A DNA stretch of 42,587 nucleotides. Origin: Candidatus Kaiserbacteria bacterium RIFCSPHIGHO2_01_FULL_46_22 (GTDB lineage Bacteria > Patescibacteriota > Minisyncoccia > Phycocordibacterales > UBA918). The translations under genes were made by a program, and so were the position numbers. Every line of letters begins with the position of its first letter. Positions within the stretch are counted from its first letter, which is position 1. Of the stretch, positions 1-6,873 are shown in pieces. The stretch covers positions 5,618 to 48,204 of the forward strand of contig MFKO01000008.1 in NCBI GenBank assembly GCA_001779595.1, written 5' to 3'. The notes under the pieces are model-generated. The model had not been told where the DNA came from, ran no database searches, and saw nothing but the letters and a program-made list of their open reading frames with translations.

Positions 1-639
1 GGTCATAGACGCGTCTTCACCCAATGTAGGCTCAGGAGTATATGAAATCAGAGACGTTGGCTTGGTTTCAGTAATTATAAAGGTCAGAGTAGCATCGCCA
101 GAAACAGCGGACTCACTACTTTCGCCCTGGACACTGTAGTCGTATTTAGACACTACGGCATCTTTCAGAACGTTGGCATTCTGAAGCAGCTCTTGCTGCC
201 AAATCACTTCGTTTAATTCTTCCGCTTGGCCAGTCAACGCCAACTCGAATTGACCGTTAGGTAAATACTTATATTCCATCGCAGAAAACCGAACATTGTC
301 TGCCACTACTGTTTCCAAATCTTCAAAGATTTTCGAAGGAGCGGCCGATTCATTGACGAGTTTTTCTGCATTTGTTAGACGAGCATCAAGCAACTTGATT
401 GATTCAATTTCTGAGGTACTGAAACGTGAACGCTCAGTAGTCAGCTGGTCTTTGACCGCCATCACTGATCGGTTAACGCTTGCTGCATAAAGAAAAACTC
501 CCGCTACCGCAAAAAGCGTGCCGAAAAAAACGATGTAACTGACATAGCTTAGGACATAAATCCTATGCGTACCGCGCGTCCGCACAGTTGACACGCGATT
601 GCTGTTTTTAGGAATGAAAGAAGATCCTTGGCCCTCCAT
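1..639 (-). CDS. PilN-like type IV pilus assembly membrane protein (partial, runs off window start)
   Basis: Not in the ORF track. ATG at 639 reads MEGQGSSFIPKNSNRV..., then a hydrophobic helix (IYVLSYVSYIVFFGTLFAVAGVFLY); the codons at 1-60 are open in the same frame. Lies downstream of pilM; TATAAT 7 nt upstream of the ATG. Confidence 0.6.
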   Translation of the reverse strand, partial: MEGQGSSFIPKNSNRVSTVRTRGTHRIYVLSYVSYIVFFGTLFAVAGVFLYAASVNRSVMAVKDQLTTERSRFSTSEIESIKLLDARLTNAEKLVNESAAPSKIFEDLETVVADNVRFSAMEYKYLPNGQFELALTGQAEELNEVIWQQELLQNANVLKDAVVSKYDYSVQGESSESAVSGDATLTFIITETKPTSLISYTPEPTLGEDASMT

Positions 640-699
640 AGATTTGATTATATGTTATCTAGTCATCTACCCCATCTTTTGCTGTGTGGACAAGTGAAC

Positions 700-784
700 G
701 AGCGAGGGTCGTAGCCAAGTCGTAACGAAGTGGAGATTTGGATATGACCGAGCGAGTGACCCTTGTATGAATGGCTCATACAAG
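700..784 (+). repeat. Structured intergenic element (GAGCGAG-flanked hairpin with ACGAAGT loop, plus second hairpin)
   Basis: GAGCGAG at 700-706 and 750-756 flank stems GGTCGTA/TATGACC and CCAAGTC/GATTTGG; CTTGTATGA/TCATACAAG at 762-784. Confidence 0.55.
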
Positions 785-813
785 TGAGTGTATAAGCTAA
801 GGTTGGTGCAAAA

Positions 814-945
814 AATAAAACTCCTAAAATCGGATGCAGTTGTGCCAGTTGGAGGAATTTTTACGAGAGAGCCTTAGATTGAACTAAGGTGACCGAGTAA
901 AAATTCCGAAACTGGTGCAAATGTGCTGATTTTGGGAGCTTTATT
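814..945 (+). repeat. Long imperfect hairpin element overlapping the pilM stop codon (related to 37042-37208)
   Basis: Nested stems CTCCTAAAATCGG/CTGATTTTGGGAG, TTGTGCCAGTT/AACTGGTGCAA, GGAATTTTTAC/GTAAAAATTCC and CCTTAG/CTAAGG; several G-T pairs on the + strand. Confidence 0.7.
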
Positions 946-2029
946 GGAACGCGCGGAGAGCGGCACCCAACGCCACCCCAAAAGAAGGCCCAATTTGACG
1001 CAGTGTGTCCTCTAGGAATGCCGGATACGCAACCTTCGAGAAAGGATTTGCCAATTCCACTGGTCTTCCCAAACGATCTTGTGCAAATTCGAGCATATAA
1101 GGTCCGGCAAAAACTCCGCCGCCTAAAACAATGCGTCCTAAAGGCGTATTGGAACGCGCCTCGTACTGCTCAATCAAACGACGAAATTCCGATAACGGAC
1201 TTTCTAACACGGTGGTAGTAACCTTATATATTTCTGCGCCTTTTTCTTCAGCTCGGTCGTAAGAACGCTTAATATCTTCCGCGGCTTCAAAAGGTATTCC
1301 GAGAGTTTGTGATACGCGTTTTGTTATCTCTTGACCACCCTGCCCCACACGATGCAGGCGTTCCAAGTTACCCTGACGAACTAGGTAAAGTTTAGCTCCG
1401 CGTGCACCGATATCGATGATAGCCAGCGTTGTATCACTCTGCCGCCAAGTCGAGCGGATCAAACTAAAAACTTCGATCTCGGCCGGTTGTGATGTCATAC
1501 CAATATTCATCAAGAGTGACCGGTATTCTTCTAGCGCGTTATTTTCAACCGCCGCTAACATTATCTCGTGCATATTATTAGCAGTTGGAGGAGCTGGAAT
1601 CTCTGTCCAGTCTAACGTCACTTCTGAAAGTGGTAGTGGTACGTATTTACGCGCTTCGACAGGAACCCTGGCAGCTAAACTGTCTGTTGTGTTCTGCATT
1701 ACCGGCAAAGTGATGACGGTGACAAAACTTGAAGAAAGCGGCATTGCCAGCGCACCACTACGTCCTTTAACACCTGCCTCACGCAGCACATCCGTCACAG
1801 CCTCTACTCTGTGTTGTTCAGTTAGAGTTATGATCTCACCCAGAGGTTTTCCTTCGTATGGACCCAACTGCAATTCTCCATAGGTGCGCAACGCTACAGC
1901 TCTTTCAATATCTTCCAACTCAACCACCTTCACTGAAGAACCGCCGATATCAATACCGACGGCCATAGATGACCGCGCAGGAGTAGTTTCACTTAATCCG
2001 GAAAAGATTTTTTTAAAAGAAAAGGCCAT
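941..2029 (-). CDS. pilM: Type IV pilus assembly protein PilM (actin-like ATPase)
   Basis: VGIDIGGSSVKVVEL phosphate-1 motif, IIDIGA, IVLGGG, ANPF and C-terminal VALGAALR, all typical of PilM. Confidence 0.9.
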   Translation of the reverse strand: MAFSFKKIFSGLSETTPARSSMAVGIDIGGSSVKVVELEDIERAVALRTYGELQLGPYEGKPLGEIITLTEQHRVEAVTDVLREAGVKGRSGALAMPLSSSFVTVITLPVMQNTTDSLAARVPVEARKYVPLPLSEVTLDWTEIPAPPTANNMHEIMLAAVENNALEEYRSLLMNIGMTSQPAEIEVFSLIRSTWRQSDTTLAIIDIGARGAKLYLVRQGNLERLHRVGQGGQEITKRVSQTLGIPFEAAEDIKRSYDRAEEKGAEIYKVTTTVLESPLSEFRRLIEQYEARSNTPLGRIVLGGGVFAGPYMLEFAQDRLGRPVELANPFSKVAYPAFLEDTLRQIGPSFGVALGAALRAFQ

Positions 2030-2105
2030 AGCAAGAACTCACACAACAAAAGTTCAGGTTACAATTTAATACACTGTAAGTCTGTTAAATTTTAACATAT
2101 CGATA

Positions 2106-2720
2106 ATGCTATCTCTGCTATCAAGATTGTGTGAGTACGTGTTCCCAGAAAGACACGACCACAAAATCGTGCGTCAACTTTCCAATAATGACTTACGCCT
2201 GCATCTTAATCCAACGCTTCATGAAGATTTTGTATCTTTACTGCCATTTAATGAGCCTTCAGTTCGTGCCACTGTTCATGAAGCAAAATTTTATGGTAAT
2301 GAAAAAGCCTGGCAGCTACTCGGAGAAGTATTGCATAGTTACCTGAAGCATTATCCTGAAGAATCAATCATCGTACCTATACCACTTTCGTCTGCCAGAC
2401 TTAAACAGCGTGGATTTAATCAGGTTGAAGAGATAGCGCGTACGGGGTTGAAATCCCGCCAGAACTTGTCACATTATAGAATCTGTTCAAATCTTCTCTA
2501 TCGCAAACGCGATACCGTTCCGCAAACATCGTTATCGAGACAAGAACGTCTAAAAAATGTCACGGACGCCTTCGGCGTCCGTGACACACCTGACATTCGC
2601 GACACTCACATCATTGTTCTTGACGATGTAGCTACCACTGGAGCGACAATGAAAGCGGCCGAAGCTTCGCTTCGGCCGCTCCACCCCGCCTCGATTACCC
2701 TTCTTGCACTTGCGCACTAG
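2106..2720 (+). CDS. comF: ComF family competence protein (PRTase fold)
   Basis: IVPIPLS..RLKQRGFNQ, PQTSLSRQERLKNV, IIVLDDVATTGATM. Confidence 0.9.
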   Translation: MLSLLSRLCEYVFPERHDHKIVRQLSNNDLRLHLNPTLHEDFVSLLPFNEPSVRATVHEAKFYGNEKAWQLLGEVLHSYLKHYPEESIIVPIPLSSARLKQRGFNQVEEIARTGLKSRQNLSHYRICSNLLYRKRDTVPQTSLSRQERLKNVTDAFGVRDTPDIRDTHIIVLDDVATTGATMKAAEASLRPLHPASITLLALAH

Positions 2721-3924
2721 CCAATCGATCGAGCGCAACCATAAATGCCGCCACCCGGAGTGGAATTTTTTTCTCAGTCGCTTTCTGCCAAATCAAATCC
2801 GCTTGCGGTACAAGTGTCTCTTTCAATTTCGCCAAAACTTTTCCTTCTTCCCATTGTTCGTTCGCCAAATTTTGTTCCCACTCCAAGGTTGAGACAATCA
2901 CACCACCAGCATTGGCCAAGATATCCGGGACGACAGCAATTCCACGCTGATGCAAAATTTCATCTGCTTCCGGTGTAGTTGGCCCGTTGGCAAGTTCCAA
3001 TATTAACTTAGCTGATACACGGGAGGCATTCTCGGCTGTAATTTGGTTCTCTAATGCCGCCGGCACCAACACATCGACTGACAACTCGAGCAGTTCTGCA
3101 TTACTGATTTCTTTAGCGTCAGGGAAACCAGCTAGTGAGCGATGTTCTTCCTTATACTTTTCCACCGCTTTTGGATCAAGGCCGTCTTCTTTGTAGATGC
3201 CCCCCTTAGAATCGGACATCGCTACTACTTTATAACCGTGAGCGGTAAATATTTCTGCAGCGTGTCCACCCACATTACCCATCCCTTGTATCGCGATGCT
3301 TGCACCTTCTTCAATACCTGCCCGCTCACGCACCGCATCAAACACGTAAAAACCGCCGAGACCAGTAGCAGTACCGCGTCCTTCTGAACCACCTTGGCCA
3401 ACTGGCTTTCCAGTGAAGGTCGCTCCTGTCTGATCGCCAGACAGTTTCGTATATTCATCGGACATCCAAGCCATTATCTCGGGAGTGGTGTTCACGTCTG
3501 GAGCAGGCACATCCACTTGTGGTCCAATGTCACGCCAAAGAGCCCGTACAAAACCGCGCGACAATCGTTCAAGCTCTGATGCCGACAAAGCCTTCGGATC
3601 AACAACCACCCCACCCTTACCGCCGCCCATAGGAATATTGGACACAGCAGTCTTCATCGTCATCCATAATGCCAAAGCTCGCACTTCGTCTATATCGGCA
3701 TCGGGATGAAAGCGAATACCGCCCTTGTATGGACCGCGCCAATTGCAGTGCTGCACCCGATAGCCTTCAAAAAAACGAAGGGTGCCATCGTCCATCCGAA
3801 CCGGAATAGTTACCGTTATCTCTTTTTCTGCTCGAGACAACTTCTCAATCAAGTCGCCTGGAAATTCCCCCACTCTGGCCGCTCCTTGCAATTGTCGAAG
3901 TGCGTTCTCAAATGGATTTGTCAT
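2695..3924 (-). CDS. gdhA: Glu/Leu/Phe/Val dehydrogenase (glutamate dehydrogenase)
   Basis: GPYKGGIRFHP, GGGKGG, DVPAPDVNT, QGMGNVG, ELANGPTT, PDILANAGGV. Confidence 0.93.
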   Translation of the reverse strand: MTNPFENALRQLQGAARVGEFPGDLIEKLSRAEKEITVTIPVRMDDGTLRFFEGYRVQHCNWRGPYKGGIRFHPDADIDEVRALALWMTMKTAVSNIPMGGGKGGVVVDPKALSASELERLSRGFVRALWRDIGPQVDVPAPDVNTTPEIMAWMSDEYTKLSGDQTGATFTGKPVGQGGSEGRGTATGLGGFYVFDAVRERAGIEEGASIAIQGMGNVGGHAAEIFTAHGYKVVAMSDSKGGIYKEDGLDPKAVEKYKEEHRSLAGFPDAKEISNAELLELSVDVLVPAALENQITAENASRVSAKLILELANGPTTPEADEILHQRGIAVVPDILANAGGVIVSTLEWEQNLANEQWEEGKVLAKLKETLVPQADLIWQKATEKKIPLRVAAFMVALDRLASAQVQEG

Positions 3925-4089
3925 ATATTTTATCAGTCCCTAAATCATACAATGCGCGGTGTTTCTGCCGAAATTTCCTGTTTTCGTTGATTTGACGATT
4001 CGTCATTAGTTATGCACAGTTTGTAAAAGGGTTGAAAAAATAGCCTTTTTCGATGATACACTATGGGCATAGCAATAATTTAAACCGAA

Positions 4090-4344
4090 ATGGCAAAAGC
4101 AAATTCCGCTTTTATGAAGCCGATGAATCTGAGCGAGGATCTTGAAGCAGTAGTTGGAAAGGGTCCAATGCCTCGATCAGAAGTGGTAAAAGCGCTGTGG
4201 GTATACATTAAGAAGCACGAATTGCAGGACGAGAAGAACAAGCGCAACATCAACGCTGATGCCAACTTGAAAAAGATATTTGACGGCAAGGGACAGGTTT
4301 CTATGTTTGAAATGACCAAGTTGGTCTCCAAGCACATCTCCTAA
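4090..4344 (+). CDS. Stand-alone SWIB/MDM2 domain protein
   Basis: LSEDLEAVVG..PMPRSEVVKALWVYIKKHELQD..NKRNINAD..L..IF...VSMFEMTKLVSKH. Confidence 0.9.
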   Translation: MAKANSAFMKPMNLSEDLEAVVGKGPMPRSEVVKALWVYIKKHELQDEKNKRNINADANLKKIFDGKGQVSMFEMTKLVSKHIS

Positions 4345-4363
4345 TCACTTCGCAGAAGTACAT

Positions 4364-4400
4364 AAAACCGCCGGCCAGTATTCTCTGGCCGGCGGTTTTT
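4364..4400. terminator. Bidirectional intrinsic terminator
   Basis: AAAACCGCCGGCCAG-N6-CTGGCCGGCGGTTTT between convergent genes. Confidence 0.8.
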
Positions 4401-4460
4401 GAACAAAAAGAAAACGCGGGCAAGATTGTCCGCGCTTCTGTTGTAAGGACTGGTAACTCT

Positions 4461-4730
4461 TCACACGACGTCGAAGTGGCAATCCGCATACCGTCTGGGC
4501 CGCAACTGCTTGGGATCTAGGTCGCCATTCATAACATCTTCGAAGAGAGCTGAGGAGTGATGTTCTCCGTCCCAGTCGTCCCGTTCGACATATTGGCCAA
4601 CGACTCTGTCAGACGGTCTAAACCGCCTATGCACTTCGTTGGTGAAGGCCTGAGTACCACGAGAAAATCCACTCGAACGAAGTATTTCCTCTATTTCAGT
4701 GATAGAAAAAGTTGGTGTTGCTACGTCCAT
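4461..4730 (-). CDS. Hypothetical protein (89 aa, MDVATPTF...)
   Basis: ATG at 4730 preceded by a GGAGGA SD; the longer ORF-track start runs through a terminator. Confidence 0.6.
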   Translation of the reverse strand: MDVATPTFSITEIEEILRSSGFSRGTQAFTNEVHRRFRPSDRVVGQYVERDDWDGEHHSSALFEDVMNGDLDPKQLRPRRYADCHFDVV

Positions 4731-4788
4731 TTTATCCTCCTGATATCTGGACTTGTTAAGAACTAAAGAACTACGCTTACTCCGAAGC

Positions 4789-4849
4789 AAAAACCGACCC
4801 ATCGTTGGGTCGGTTTTGATTCTTGAAACTATACTTATCAAACCGACCC
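4789..4849 (-). promoter_or_regulatory. Terminator/antiterminator (attenuator-like) leader
   Basis: Terminator AAAACCGACCCA-ACGA-TGGGTCGGTTTTT (4789-4817). A second GGGTCGGTTTGAT (4837-4849) can pair with the terminator 5' arm. Confidence 0.65.
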
Positions 4850-4930
4850 GCTTAATGATGCGAGAACCACTAGGAGCATAAAGAATCCCCAGATAGGGAT
4901 GCCCTGACTCTCAGCTGCGATTTGATACAT
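4838..4930 (-). CDS. Putative 30-aa hydrophobic leader peptide MYQIAAESQGIPIWGFFMLLVVLASLSGSV
   Basis: ATG 15 nt after a TTGACA-17-TATATT promoter; ends in tandem TGA TAA inside the antiterminator arm. Confidence 0.55.
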   Translation of the reverse strand: MYQIAAESQGIPIWGFFMLLVVLASLSGSV

Positions 4931-4945
4931 AGGTACCATCTTTAG

Positions 4946-4974
4946 AATATAGCTCTGTGTCTTTTTGATGTCAA
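4946..4974 (-). promoter_or_regulatory. Sigma70-type promoter
   Basis: TTGACA (4974-4969), 17-nt spacer, TATATT (4951-4946). Confidence 0.75.
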
Positions 4975-5014
4975 ATATTGCGTGGTGGAGATTTTACAAT
5001 TGTCCCTTTTCGCT

Positions 5015-5104
5015 TGGCGGAGAGAGCGAGATTCGAACTCGCGAACCCTGTTAAGGGTCGACAGTTTAGTAAACTGTTGGTTTCAGCCACTCACCCATCT
5101 CTCC
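5015..5104 (-). tRNA. tRNA-Ser(ACT)
   Basis: Cloverleaf GGAGAGA...TCTCTCC-G-CCA with long variable arm and G73; anticodon arm ACAGT-TT-ACT-AA-ACTGT; T loop TTCGAAT. Confidence 0.9.
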
Positions 5105-5141
5105 GTATGCACCAATATAGCAAATTTTTGTGAGGACCGAG

Positions 5142-5312
5142 CGGAGGGAGTTTCGCTCTTACAGAGCAGTATAGGTTGTCGATATTTTAGTTCGACTCTT
5201 GTCTCCTAAAATATCAGGCAACCTTTTCGAATCCCTCCGTCTCTCGCAAAAATATAGTCGCAGAACGCTTGCGCGTTATGCTCCTTATTTTGCGGAGACG
5301 GAGGGATTCGAA
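5142..5312. repeat. tRNA 3'-end mirror element
   Basis: 5226-5251 is the reverse complement of 5288-5312 (tRNA T arm, acceptor strand and trailer; 25 bp, 1 bulge); inner hairpin at 5173-5224; short CGGAGGGA copy at 5142-5149. Confidence 0.75.
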
Positions 5313-5379
5313 CCCTCGAGGCCGATTAAAGCCTGGCCCCTTAGCAAGGGGCTACGTTAGACCACTCTGACACGTCTCC
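5293..5379 (-). tRNA. tRNA-Ser(GCT), CCA not encoded
   Basis: GGAGACG acceptor, anticodon arm GCCCC-TT-GCT-AA-GGGGC, long variable arm, GAGGG-TTCGAAT-CCCTC. Confidence 0.95.
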
Positions 5380-5468
5380 AGCGGTTACTATATTGCCCTA
5401 TTTGTTGTGCCTTTTCAAATATTTGATTTGTTGCGATGATTTAGAGAGTGCAACCATGGAGAAAGCAG

Positions 5469-5600
5469 ATGGAAGCCAGAGAAATTGCCGGTGAAGAAAA
5501 CAACAACGATTCCAAAGAGGAATCTTCACCCCGAGACAGCAAGCCAGTTCACAAGGAAGAAGAACCTGTCCATACTGAAGGCGAATGGAACGGGGCGTAG
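5469..5600 (+). CDS. Small acidic hypothetical protein (43 aa, MEAREIAGEENNN...GEWNGA)
   Basis: GGAG SD 7 nt upstream; stop immediately followed by the terminator at 5601-5636. Below the ORF-track cutoff. Confidence 0.45.
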   Translation: MEAREIAGEENNNDSKEESSPRDSKPVHKEEEPVHTEGEWNGA

Positions 5601-5636
5601 AAAAAGGCCGTCGCGCGTAGCGCGACGGCCAATTTT
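5601..5636. terminator. Bidirectional terminator
   Basis: AAAAA-GGCCGTCGCGC-GTA-GCGCGACGGCC-AATTTT. Confidence 0.8.
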
Positions 5637-6810
5637 ATTTCTTAATCACACTCGCCACAGCCTTAGCTAAGCCTGGAGTCATTACGGAAGGTATCACATT
5701 TTCTGCAGATGGTTTTTTCACCAAGGAAGCAATCTTCTTAGCGGCCGCCAATTTCATTCCATCAGTAATATGAGTAACGTTGCGATCGAGCGCGCCTCGG
5801 AAGATACCCGGAAAAGCGAGAGCATTGTTAACCTGATTCGGATAATCGCTGCGGCCAGTTGCAACTACCATCGCGCCAGCTCGTTTGGCATCATCTGGAG
5901 TAATCTCAGGCACCGGATTGGCGAGCGCGAAGACCACCGCCTTTGGAGCCATCTTCTCGATATGATGTCGAGTGATAGAACCCGGACCAGAAACTCCAAC
6001 CAGCACATCCGCACCGACTACCGCGTCCATTACTTCACCACTAACGTCCCGAAGATTAGTGACTTTGGCTAATTCTTTCTTGTAGCCAGTAAGTCCAGAG
6101 CGACTCGCTCCAATGATGCCACTTCGATCAACCACTATCACATCCTCCACCTTAGCTTCACGGAGCAATAGCGCTACCGCTCGACCAGCCGCTCCGGCAC
6201 CCACAATCACCACTTTCATCTTTTCTAACTTCTTCCCCACTACCTTGGAAGCATTGATAAGACCAGCGAGTACCACAATGGCTGTACCGTGCTGATCATC
6301 GTGCATTACTGGGATTTTCAATTCCTTTTTCAGTTGCTCCTCGATCATAAAACACTGCGGCGCAGCAATATCTTCGAGATTGATACCGCCGAAGGTTGGA
6401 GCAATCGCCTTCACAATTTTTATAATCTCCTCCGGATCCTGCGTATCGAGCACGATCGGGAAAGCGTCAACACCAGCCATTGCTTTGAAGATGGCGCATT
6501 TTCCTTCCATTACCGGCAATGCACCTAAAGCGCCAAGATTACCGAGGCCGAGTACCGCCGAACCGTCCGACACTACAGCTACTGTATTGCGCTTGATCGT
6601 ATATTCACGCGCATCTTTAGGATGTTTGGCAAGATGCGAAGAAACCGCGCCGACACCAGGGGTGTACATAGTACTCCAGTCATCTTTAGTCTTGAGTTCG
6701 CCTTTTAAGACCACTTCGAGCTTGCCCTTCATCTTCTTGTGGCGCTCTAAGGCTAGCTTGTTATAGTCCTTCTTAAGAACGATGCGCCGTGGAATCTTTT
6801 TCTTAGCCAT
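5635..6810 (-). CDS. NAD(P)-dependent malic enzyme
   Basis: YTPGVG, VAVVSDGSAVLGLGNLG, PVMEGK, INLEDI, HDDQHGTA, GAGAAG, ATGRSDYPNQVNN. Confidence 0.95.
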   Translation of the reverse strand: MAKKKIPRRIVLKKDYNKLALERHKKMKGKLEVVLKGELKTKDDWSTMYTPGVGAVSSHLAKHPKDAREYTIKRNTVAVVSDGSAVLGLGNLGALGALPVMEGKCAIFKAMAGVDAFPIVLDTQDPEEIIKIVKAIAPTFGGINLEDIAAPQCFMIEEQLKKELKIPVMHDDQHGTAIVVLAGLINASKVVGKKLEKMKVVIVGAGAAGRAVALLLREAKVEDVIVVDRSGIIGASRSGLTGYKKELAKVTNLRDVSGEVMDAVVGADVLVGVSGPGSITRHHIEKMAPKAVVFALANPVPEITPDDAKRAGAMVVATGRSDYPNQVNNALAFPGIFRGALDRNVTHITDGMKLAAAKKIASLVKKPSAENVIPSVMTPGLAKAVASVIKK

Positions 6811-6873
6811 ACTGCGGTCTGATTAAATAACGGAGACAGTATAACATTGCCTTCAGTTTGCTATCATTGAGCA

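Noticed and set aside
814-945. Integron attC site
   Set aside because: It lacks RYYYAAC/GTTRRRY ends, no IntI is present, and the flanking genes are core pilus genes.
2695-2720. comF/gdhA 3' overlap as a regulatory feature
   Set aside because: Short convergent overlaps are common in compact genomes.
4731-4841. N-terminal extension of the 4461 ORF given by the track
   Set aside because: It crosses a terminator; the SD supports ATG 4730.
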